Below are positions 24,314 through 32,014 of a stretch of DNA of 35,217 nucleotides, piece after piece. The first letter of the stretch is position 1; the number at the start of each line of letters is the position of its first letter. A model generated the notes under the pieces. It was given only the letters and a program-made list of their open reading frames with translations. It had not been told where the DNA came from and searched no databases. The position numbers and the translations under genes were made by a program. Source of the stretch: Candidatus Aminicenantes bacterium (GTDB lineage: Bacteria > Acidobacteriota > Aminicenantia > Aminicenantales > Aminicenantaceae); NCBI GenBank assembly GCA_030620655.1, contig JAUXEH010000001.1:1-35217 (forward strand), in the 5' to 3' direction.

Positions 24314-25561
24314 TTACATCCCGTACCGGGCAATGATCTCCTGCTTGGTCTTGCCCAGGATATCGTACTTCTTGCCCACCTTGATGAAGGCATCCAGGGC
24401 CTTTTCCAGGTGATGCTGCTCGTGTCCGGCCGAGATCTGGGTCCGGATGCGGGCCTGGCCCTGCGGGACGACCGGGAAGAAGAAGCCGATGGCGTAGATC
24501 CCCTCCTCGTAGAGGTCGCGGGAAACATCCTGCGAGAGCTTGGCGTTGAACAGCATGACCGGTACGATGGGTGTGTCTCCTTCCTTGAGGACAAAACCGG
24601 CATCGGTGAGGCCCTGCCGCCAGAATGCCGCGTTCTTCTCGAGTTTGTCCCGCCGGTCCGTGCTCTGGAAGAGTATGTCCAGCACCTTGAGCACTCCCGA
24701 GACCACGACCGGGGCGATGGTGTTCGAAAACAGGTAGGGGCGCGCCTTCTGGCGGCACATCTCCACGATCTCCCTGCGGCCGGAAACACATCCCCCGGAG
24801 GCCCCGCCCAGCGCTTTGCCGAAGGTGGTGGTGATGATGTCCACCCGGCCCATGAGTCCGCATTTTTCATGGGTCCCGCGGCCGGTCTTCCCGATAAAAC
24901 CAGTGGAATGGGAATCGTCCACGAACAGCATGGCATCGTACTTATCGCACAGGTCGGCCATCTCATCCAGCTTGGCGGTGTCGCCGTCCATGGAAAACAC
25001 GCCGTCGGTGATGACCATCTTGAGCCGTTTGTCCGCGTGCAGCTGGAGCTTCTTCTCCAGATGGTCCATGTTCGAGTGCTTGAAAGTGTCGTGCTGGGCC
25101 GGCGCCAGCCGGATGCCGTCGATAATGGAGGCGTGCACCAGGCGGTCGGAGATCATGACATCCTGATCGGTCAGTACGGCCTCGGACATCCCGGTGTTGG
25201 CGTCCATGCAGGAGGGGAACAGAATCGTGTCCTCTGTCCCCAGGAATTCTGTGACCTTGCGCTCCAGCTCGTGATGGATGTCCTGCGTCCCGCAGATGAA
25301 GCGCACCGAAGACATGCCGTATCCCCTGTGATCCAGCCCCTCATGGGCGGCCTTCAGCACCTCGGGATGGCTGGACAGGCCCAGGTAGTTGTTGGAGCAC
25401 ATGTTGATGACACGCTTCAGGCTCGCTCCCTCGGGGAACTCCACATCTATGTCCGCCGCCTGGCTGGAATGGATGAAGCGCTCCTGCTTGAAGATCCCAG
25501 TGTCATGGATCTGCCGCAGCTGATCCTGGTACAATTCACGGATATTGTCGCTGAAACTCAT
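24314..25561 (-). CDS. kbl: 2-amino-3-ketobutyrate CoA ligase (glycine C-acetyltransferase), alpha-oxoamine synthase family
   Basis: Long blocks shared with E. coli Kbl as I recall it: NNYLGL, SVRFICGTQD, HASIIDG, DGVFSMDGD, GRVDIITTTFGKALGGASGG (PLP lysine), RPYLFSN, GQARIRTQISAGH. Confidence 0.85.
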   Translation of the reverse strand: MSFSDNIRELYQDQLRQIHDTGIFKQERFIHSSQAADIDVEFPEGASLKRVINMCSNNYLGLSSHPEVLKAAHEGLDHRGYGMSSVRFICGTQDIHHELERKVTEFLGTEDTILFPSCMDANTGMSEAVLTDQDVMISDRLVHASIIDGIRLAPAQHDTFKHSNMDHLEKKLQLHADKRLKMVITDGVFSMDGDTAKLDEMADLCDKYDAMLFVDDSHSTGFIGKTGRGTHEKCGLMGRVDIITTTFGKALGGASGGCVSGRREIVEMCRQKARPYLFSNTIAPVVVSGVLKVLDILFQSTDRRDKLEKNAAFWRQGLTDAGFVLKEGDTPIVPVMLFNAKLSQDVSRDLYEEGIYAIGFFFPVVPQGQARIRTQISAGHEQHHLEKALDAFIKVGKKYDILGKTKQEIIARYGM

Positions 25562-25585
25562 GGTGTCTGGCTCCTTTCGCCGTGC

Positions 25586-25831
25586 CTAACCCACGAACTC
25601 CTTGACCAGGTCGGCGATCTTGTTGACCGAATCAAAGGCCTCGGGCGTGGCTTTCTCGTCAGGGATAGAGATGCTGTATTTCGTCTCCAGGAAACGCTTG
25701 AGCGAAACCATGGAAAAGGAATCCACGATCCCGCCGGAAATGAGCGGCGTCTCGTAGGTGATCTCCTCGTCTTCGTCTTCCAGATACTCTTCCTTCACAT
25801 ACTCCAGGACGGCGGCCTTTATGTCTTCCAT
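25586..25831 (-). CDS. Stand-alone carrier protein (DltC-like phosphopantetheine attachment motif DSF)
   Basis: 81 aa, acidic. GGIVDSFSMVSLKRFLE resembles the DSF(G/S) serine motif of D-alanyl/aminoacyl carrier proteins rather than the FAS ACP motif DSLD. AAGGAG lies just upstream of the ATG. Confidence 0.65.
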   Translation of the reverse strand: MEDIKAAVLEYVKEEYLEDEDEEITYETPLISGGIVDSFSMVSLKRFLETKYSISIPDEKATPEAFDSVNKIADLVKEFVG

Positions 25832-25951
25832 CTCTCTGACTCCTTTTTTGGATTATTTCTTGTTTACGCACCACTGAGATGCGCATTTGTTACCGTCCAG
25901 TTTACACTAAACCGCTAAAAAATTCAGGCATTTTCGAGCGGACCTGGTTCG

Positions 25952-27655
25952 CTACTCATCCTCCAAGGTAGACGTATCCCCGATCTCCTCACCCCATTCC
26001 TGCGCGTGCAGCAGCCGGCGCATGATCTTCCCGCTGCGGGTCTTGGGCAGGGATTCCACATACTCGATCTCCTGGGGCATCGCCAGGGGGGACAGCTTCT
26101 TGCGGATGAAGTTCATGATCTTCAGCTCCAGCTCGGCATCGGGCTCAAAGCCCGGATTGAGCATCACGAAAGCCTTGACCACCTCCATGTTGACCTCGTC
26201 CGGCTTGGACACCACGGCGGATTCGGCCACGGCCTCGTGCTCCAGGAGGGCGGATTCAACCTCGAACGGGCTGACCAGGTGCCCCCCGGTGTTGATGACA
26301 TCGTCGTCCCGGCCCACGAACCAGAAATATCCCTCGTTGTCGATGCTGGCCCGGTCGCCGGAGAGGTACCAGTTGTTGACGAACTTGGCTTGATAGGTGG
26401 CCTCGTTGTTCCAGTAGGTCCGCATCATGGACGGCCACCCCGGCTTGAAGGCGATCAGCCCGATCTTGCCCGCCTCTGCGATGGGCTCGTGGGAGACGGG
26501 ATCGAGGATCACACCCGTGATCCCGGGGAAGGGCTTGCCCATGGATCCGGGTTTGACCTTCATCCCCGGATAGTTGGCGATCATTATGACGCCGGTCTCG
26601 GTCTGCCAGTAGGTGTCATGAAAGGGCTTCCCAAAGACCTTTCCCGACCAGATGACCGCCTCGGAGTTGAGCGGCTCCCCCACGCTGGCCAGGTGGCGCA
26701 GGCCGGAGAGGTCGTGATCTTTCACGACCTCCTCCCCCGCCCTCATCAGCGAGCGGATGGCCGTGGGGGCGGAATACCACACCGTCACACGGTGCTTTTC
26801 GATGAAGCGGTACCAGGCCGCGGCCGAGAAGCCGCAGTCCAGCACACACTGGGTGATGCCGAGGCTCCAGGGCCCGATGATGCCGTAGGAGGTGCCGGTC
26901 ACCCAGCCGGGGTCAGCCGTGCACCAGTATATGTCATCGTCCTGAAGGTCCAGCACCCATTTGGCCGTCAGGTACTGGGCGATCAGGGAATAGTGGACGT
27001 GCTTGACCCCCTTGGGCATGCCGGTGGTGCCGGATGTGTAATGGAGGACCGAGGGCGATTCCGCTTCCGTGGGGAAGACCTCGAGCTCCTCCACGGGGTC
27101 GGCATCATCCAGGGAGAACGCCTGTTCCCGCTCCTGGAGCGGCTTGCGGCCGTCATAATCGACGATGATGATGTGCTTGAGATGAGGGAGCCGGTCGCGG
27201 ATCTTCCGCACCTTGCTCACATGTTTTCTCTGCGTGATGATGGCGGACGTCTCCGCGTTCTCCAGCCGGACCAGCAGGGACTCGTCCCCGAAGGCGGAGA
27301 ACAGCGGCTGGGCTATGGCCCCGATCTTGAGGATGCCCAGGAATCCCAGATAGAGCTCGGGTATCTTGTCCATGAACAGGCAGACCCGGTCCTGATCCGC
27401 GATTCCCAAGTCGCGGAGGAACCGGCCGATGGTGTTGGCGGCCAGCCGGATGTCATTGAAGGTGTAGGTTCGGCTGGCGCCTCCCAGGCCTTCCCATATC
27501 AAGGCCGTCTTGTCGGCCTTGCCCATCCGGCAGATCCGGTCCGTGCAGTACCAGCCGATGTTTATCCGGTCGCCCGGGGTGTACTCCAGCTCTTTTTCAG
27601 ACAGGGACCAGTCGAATCCCTCTATGCGTTCCTCGTATGAACCGATGTTTGACAT
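25952..27655 (-). CDS. AMP-forming acyl-CoA/acyl-carrier ligase (AcsA / medium-chain acyl-CoA synthetase-like adenylating enzyme)
   Basis: YTSGTTGMPKGV (A3), GDRASIDNEGYFWFVGRDDDVINTGG (A8) and PKTRSGKIMRR (A10). 567 aa. Confidence 0.85.
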   Translation of the reverse strand: MSNIGSYEERIEGFDWSLSEKELEYTPGDRINIGWYCTDRICRMGKADKTALIWEGLGGASRTYTFNDIRLAANTIGRFLRDLGIADQDRVCLFMDKIPELYLGFLGILKIGAIAQPLFSAFGDESLLVRLENAETSAIITQRKHVSKVRKIRDRLPHLKHIIIVDYDGRKPLQEREQAFSLDDADPVEELEVFPTEAESPSVLHYTSGTTGMPKGVKHVHYSLIAQYLTAKWVLDLQDDDIYWCTADPGWVTGTSYGIIGPWSLGITQCVLDCGFSAAAWYRFIEKHRVTVWYSAPTAIRSLMRAGEEVVKDHDLSGLRHLASVGEPLNSEAVIWSGKVFGKPFHDTYWQTETGVIMIANYPGMKVKPGSMGKPFPGITGVILDPVSHEPIAEAGKIGLIAFKPGWPSMMRTYWNNEATYQAKFVNNWYLSGDRASIDNEGYFWFVGRDDDVINTGGHLVSPFEVESALLEHEAVAESAVVSKPDEVNMEVVKAFVMLNPGFEPDAELELKIMNFIRKKLSPLAMPQEIEYVESLPKTRSGKIMRRLLHAQEWGEEIGDTSTLEDE

Positions 27656-27666
27656 GAGCTTCTCCT

Positions 27667-28041
27667 CTAGATTTCCAGTGTAACGATCGAACTCGCGATG
27701 TCCCTGAGGTGCGTCAAGGAAACACAGATGTTTGTGATGCCTTTTTCCTCGATCAGCTTTTCGGCTTGGCCGTGCAGCCGGATCTCCGGTTTGCCCAGAT
27801 CGTCGTTCAGGATCTCGACCTGGTTAAAGGCCAGGCCGCCGCGCCAGCCCGTTCCCAGGGCCTTGAAAAACGCCTCCTTGGCCGCGAAACGGGCCGCATA
27901 GTTCTGGGCCTTGTTCTTCTTGGATTCGCAGTACGCAATCTCATCCGGAGTGAAGATCCTGTTCTGGAATCGCTCGCCCTGCGTGAGCTGCTTGCGGATC
28001 CGTTCCACCTCGATGAGGTCGATTCCGATGCCGTATATCAT
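27667..28041 (-). CDS. acpS: Holo-[acyl-carrier-protein] synthase (4'-phosphopantetheinyl transferase)
   Basis: MIYGIGIDLIEVERI start, FAAKEAFFKA and ISLTH-like VSLTH blocks. 124 aa. Its ATG overlaps the nhaC stop (ATGA). Confidence 0.9.
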   Translation of the reverse strand: MIYGIGIDLIEVERIRKQLTQGERFQNRIFTPDEIAYCESKKNKAQNYAARFAAKEAFFKALGTGWRGGLAFNQVEILNDDLGKPEIRLHGQAEKLIEEKGITNICVSLTHLRDIASSIVTLEI

Positions 28042-29441
28042 GCGTTTTCCCCCAGGTCTTCCGCAGGCAGTTTTTCCATGGTGATGCCGGTGTAGCCGTA
28101 GAAGATGGAGATAGCCGGAACCAGGAGGTTGAGAAAGGCGTAGGGAAGGTAGACCAGCGGGTTGACTCCCAGAGTAGCGCCCATGAAGGCTCCACAGCTG
28201 TTCCAGGGGATGAGCGGGGAGGTCATGGTGCCGGAGTTCTCCAGCACCCGGGACAGGTTCTTGGGATGCAGGCCCTTGGCGTCGAACGCACTCTTGAACA
28301 TGCGGCCGGGCACGACGATCGCGATGTACTGGTCCGCCGCGATGATGTTCATGCCGATGCAGCTGAAGACGGTGGTGGTGACAAGGGCCCCGGTGCTCTT
28401 GACGAACCTCAGGAGCGAACCCGCCAGGACCTGGAGCATGCCGGCGCGTTCCATGATCCCCCCGAAGGAGAGGGCACAGATGATGAGGGCTACGGTTTCC
28501 ATCATGCTCAGCAGCCCCCCCCGGGTGAGCAGCTCGTCCACCATGGCCACGCCGGTCTCGGACACATGTCCGGCGTGTGCGGCCGTCAGCACATCACCCA
28601 GGGAACGGGATTGGGCGACCAGGGCGAACACACCTCCCAGCAGCGTGCCTCCCAGCAGGGCCGGCAGCGGTGGGACTTTCAGGATCACCATCGCGATGAC
28701 CAGCAGGGGCGGGAGCAGCAGCACGGGATGGATGAAGAAGTGCTCCTTCATAGTGGACATGATGATCTCGATGTTCTGCGATTCCATGACCCTGCCCGAG
28801 AAGCGCATACCCAGAAATCCGTAAAGCGCAAGGGCGATGACGTACGCCGGCACCACGGTGTACACCATGTGCCGGATGTGTGAAAAAAGGTCTGTTCCCG
28901 CGACCGCGGGCGCCAGGTTGGTGGTGTCGGAGAGAGGGGACATCTTGTCGCCGAAATAGGCGCCGGATATGATGGCCCCGGCCACCATGCTCACGGGGAT
29001 ACCCAGCCCCTGTCCCACACCGATCAGGGCCACACCCACGGTGCCGGCCGTCGACCAGGACGATCCTGTTCCCAGGGATACCACCGAGCAGATAACCATG
29101 GTGGCTCCCAGGAAAATCCCGGGGGACAGCGCTTTGAGGCCGTAGAAGATCATCGCCGGGACGATCCCACCGGAGATCCAGGTCCCGATCAGTGTCCCAA
29201 CCACCATCAGGATGAGGATGGCCCCCATGGCCAGGTTGATCCCCTGCACCATGCCTTCCTGGATCTCTTTCCAGGCGTAGCCCAGGCGGGAGGCCACGGC
29301 CGCAGCCACGGCCGCAGCCAAGATCAGGGGGATGTGCGCCGACTGCCCCAGGATCACGATCGTGATGAACAGGGCGGAGACCAGAAAAATAACCGGGATC
29401 AGGGCCAGCCACACGCCGGCTTCTTTCTTCTCTTTCTCCAT
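28038..29441 (-). CDS. nhaC: Na+/H+ antiporter, NhaC family
   Basis: 467 aa with about 12 hydrophobic segments. Overall pattern typical of NhaC-family antiporters. A perfect TATAAT (minus strand, 29462-29457) and GGGAGA lie upstream of the ATG. Confidence 0.8.
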   Translation of the reverse strand: MEKEKKEAGVWLALIPVIFLVSALFITIVILGQSAHIPLILAAAVAAAVASRLGYAWKEIQEGMVQGINLAMGAILILMVVGTLIGTWISGGIVPAMIFYGLKALSPGIFLGATMVICSVVSLGTGSSWSTAGTVGVALIGVGQGLGIPVSMVAGAIISGAYFGDKMSPLSDTTNLAPAVAGTDLFSHIRHMVYTVVPAYVIALALYGFLGMRFSGRVMESQNIEIIMSTMKEHFFIHPVLLLPPLLVIAMVILKVPPLPALLGGTLLGGVFALVAQSRSLGDVLTAAHAGHVSETGVAMVDELLTRGGLLSMMETVALIICALSFGGIMERAGMLQVLAGSLLRFVKSTGALVTTTVFSCIGMNIIAADQYIAIVVPGRMFKSAFDAKGLHPKNLSRVLENSGTMTSPLIPWNSCGAFMGATLGVNPLVYLPYAFLNLLVPAISIFYGYTGITMEKLPAEDLGENA

Positions 29442-29535
29442 TCGGTCTCCCGGAAATTATAGACCTGGTATTGTATGTTAAACCAGGGGAAAAAGCAAAG
29501 AAACAACGGGGAAAAGAAGCACCGGGGAACGTCCC

Positions 29536-31755
29536 CTAGTTGAGTTTGTCCAAGGTGATGCCGCGGTAGTACTTCTTCAGGATTTCCTGGAAATCCGCAC
29601 CCGACTGGGCCATACCGAAGGCCCCGACCTGACAGAGGCCTACTCCGTGCCCCCAGCCCTTGCCGGTGAAGACGAAATGAGCCACATGCCCGTCCGCATC
29701 GTACTCTTTATCCATCACAAAGAGCGTCTCACGCAGGCCGAGGACGGTCCGGATGCGGAAACCGCGGACCACGGCGTCGGTCTCGCTGCCCTTGATGTGC
29801 AGCTCAATAACCCGCTGAGAGCGGCCGCGCTTCCCCGGCACCAGGTCCAGCAGCTCCCCTATCGGATAGAACCTATTGATCCGATCCTCCAGTTCCTCAC
29901 GAGATGTTCTCACACTCCAGGAATGGTATTTCGAGCTGCGGTCCAGGAGGTTGGAATAGGCCGAGTACAGGACCTCGAGGTAGACGATCTGACCGTCCCT
30001 GCTGATCCAGCGCAGGTTCTCGCCTCCCAGCAGGTCCAGGTTCCGGGCAAAGGTGTAGTGTCCGCTCTGGTTCCTCACCAGGAAGGCCTCAGGAGCCAGG
30101 CTGAACCTGAGCCCTTCTCCGTTCACGCGCAGCTCGAGTTCCTGCCCCTCCACTCCCTGGAATACACCGGCATCACGAAAGTCGCGGTAGCAGTTCAGAA
30201 CCCCGGCCAGGTAGGAGGCGGCCTCCCCGCGCGAGATTGCGCGGTCATGCAGCCCTACGCTTTCCGGTGACGGAAGGATCCCGGCCTGGATGAAATACGC
30301 GACCATGGACCGTGACCGTTCAGACCAGCCGTTGTCGCTGTTGAAGACAAACTCGGCTTCCTTGTCCTGAAGAAGGCGTGAGATACGCTCCTCCCACCCG
30401 AAAGCCTGCACCATGTGCGAGAGGAAGCCTTCTATAGTGACATCTTCCACCAGTATTCCAGGCGCCTCAACCCCCGGCTTGCCCAACAGGCTGCGTGCCC
30501 TGTCCACCCACTCCTGCATCTCTTTCCCACCTACCGGTTCCCCGAAATATGCGGGGTCGGTCTCTCTCGGGATCACTCCCAGGCTGATCATGAGCGCTAT
30601 ATCCGCACTCACGTTCCGGCCCTTGGCATAGACCGGGGCAAGAAACGTCCGCGTGGCCACCGGCCACTGCCTCTGCTTCTCGTACACGCATTCCGTGCCT
30701 CGCAGATACTTGAGGGCAGGACCCAGGAAGACGTTTTCCACATCCTCGGTGGCTCCCCCGCAGGTGCTGGTGTAGAGCGCGTCGATCAAGCGGCCCCTAT
30801 ATTTGGCCACGACCCCAGCCGTCTCATCCACCGCCTGCGTGCTCAAGGGATGCTCGGCATTCATCCCGCGGTAGAACTGGGAACGAGGTGTGTCCACCAG
30901 GTCGAATCCCAGGTCCCGGTAACGGCCGAGGTTCTTCAAGGCATAGGTCCGGGCGGCCACGGCCTGGGCCTTGAGCGCTTCGATCTGAGGATACGTATAG
31001 GGCGACAGCTCGCTCGGCACCACGGACCTGAGATAGTCTTCCAGGTTGAGCGTGTTGATGAGCACGATCCCTCTAGGGCTGGCCCTCAGGGTGAAGATGC
31101 CGCGGTAATCGCGCCCCTTGTAGGACAGGTAGCTCTGCGGGGTGCTGGGGATGAAATACAGGACCGTGGCGTCCCGCAGGCTCTTCAGTTCGTCGTTGAT
31201 GAGGATCCAGAGCGGCCGGGATTCCTTTTCCGTGACCTCTTCCCGGACGATCCAGGTATCCTTTACGCCCAAACGGTTGAGTTTGATGATGTAGCTGAGC
31301 GCATCATCCCGGGTGAGAAAGTCTCCGATATGGACCTTGAAGCTTCCCGCTACGCCCGTTTCATCGCCGGTTGTCACAAAGATCTTTCTATCGATGCTGA
31401 GCCTGAGCTGCTGAGCAATGCGCTCGGCCTTCTCCCGATCGCGCGACTGAGCCACCTGGATGAGGTATTTCTCGGTGATCTGCTCCTTGTTGCCCTTTAT
31501 AAGCGCCTCATCGGCATTTTCGGCAATGAGGTGGTAGTTGTTCTTTACCTCATATACCTTCATCCCCGAAGACGCCGCGATCTGGATCTGGCTGAGGTTG
31601 ACGCCCAGCCCGATTTGGATCACCGGCTTGGGGATCAGGTAGTCTTGGAAAAAAGTCTTTTCCTTTCCGAACTCCACAGGTTCCCCACCCAGCAGAAAAA
31701 AAGACAGCAGCGCGGCAAAGGCATATTTGAGGTAGGGAATGGGGGGTTTTCGCAT
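29536..31755 (-). CDS. SpoIID/LytB-domain protein with a SPOR-like peptidoglycan-binding domain
   Basis: Signal peptide. A SPOR-like segment (LIQVAQSRDREKAERIAQQL...FKVHIGDF...ALSYI). SpoIID hallmarks: YLRSVVPSE, ALKAQAVAARTYA, YTSTCGGATEDVENVF, GHGVGLCQVGAFGMA. Confidence 0.85.
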   Translation of the reverse strand: MRKPPIPYLKYAFAALLSFFLLGGEPVEFGKEKTFFQDYLIPKPVIQIGLGVNLSQIQIAASSGMKVYEVKNNYHLIAENADEALIKGNKEQITEKYLIQVAQSRDREKAERIAQQLRLSIDRKIFVTTGDETGVAGSFKVHIGDFLTRDDALSYIIKLNRLGVKDTWIVREEVTEKESRPLWILINDELKSLRDATVLYFIPSTPQSYLSYKGRDYRGIFTLRASPRGIVLINTLNLEDYLRSVVPSELSPYTYPQIEALKAQAVAARTYALKNLGRYRDLGFDLVDTPRSQFYRGMNAEHPLSTQAVDETAGVVAKYRGRLIDALYTSTCGGATEDVENVFLGPALKYLRGTECVYEKQRQWPVATRTFLAPVYAKGRNVSADIALMISLGVIPRETDPAYFGEPVGGKEMQEWVDRARSLLGKPGVEAPGILVEDVTIEGFLSHMVQAFGWEERISRLLQDKEAEFVFNSDNGWSERSRSMVAYFIQAGILPSPESVGLHDRAISRGEAASYLAGVLNCYRDFRDAGVFQGVEGQELELRVNGEGLRFSLAPEAFLVRNQSGHYTFARNLDLLGGENLRWISRDGQIVYLEVLYSAYSNLLDRSSKYHSWSVRTSREELEDRINRFYPIGELLDLVPGKRGRSQRVIELHIKGSETDAVVRGFRIRTVLGLRETLFVMDKEYDADGHVAHFVFTGKGWGHGVGLCQVGAFGMAQSGADFQEILKKYYRGITLDKLN

Positions 31756-31887
31756 TTTTGCTGACCGAAGTTAAGGGTATTTTATCCGGATCTAAACTCG
31801 GATGTCAAGGGAAAATCGCTATATATGCAACCTCTTTATTTTCTAATACTATATCTAGTGTTCTTATTGTTACGTAAAAGTCACCTT

Positions 31888-31916
31888 AATATAGCGGAAA
31901 ATCCCCCTGGTGTCAA
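31888..31916 (-). promoter_or_regulatory. Sigma-70-like promoter reading toward the SpoIID gene (TTGACA-N17-TATATT)
   Basis: On the minus strand: -35 TTGACA (31916-31911), a 17-nt spacer, and -10 TATATT (31893-31888). A second candidate (TTGACA 31808-31803, N18, TAAAAT 31784-31779) lies nearer the ATG. Confidence 0.45.
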
Positions 31917-31958
31917 GTCAATTAAATTGGGGGTCGTGCACCCAATTTAATTGACTTG
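31914..31958. promoter_or_regulatory. Perfect 18-bp inverted repeat with a 9-nt spacer (CAAGTCAATTAAATTGGG-N9-CCCAATTTAATTGACTTG)
   Basis: Arms at 31914-31931 and 31941-31958 are exact reverse complements. Each arm carries a TTGACT -35-like hexamer facing outward. Lies in an AT-rich divergent intergenic region. Confidence 0.8.
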
Positions 31959-32014
31959 GGACGAATTCCGCATAACAATGGACACACCCCAATTCCCGAG
32001 AGCGAGGACATGGC

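Noticed and set aside
24410-31764. Very long plus-strand ORFs: 24410-25918 (502 aa), 26006-27640 (544 aa), 28162-28883 (two ORFs) and 30415-31764 (449 aa).
   Set aside because: They are antisense shadows of kbl, the AMP ligase, nhaC and the SpoIID gene. Those minus-strand products carry clear family motifs. The plus-strand translations have none and are compositionally aberrant.
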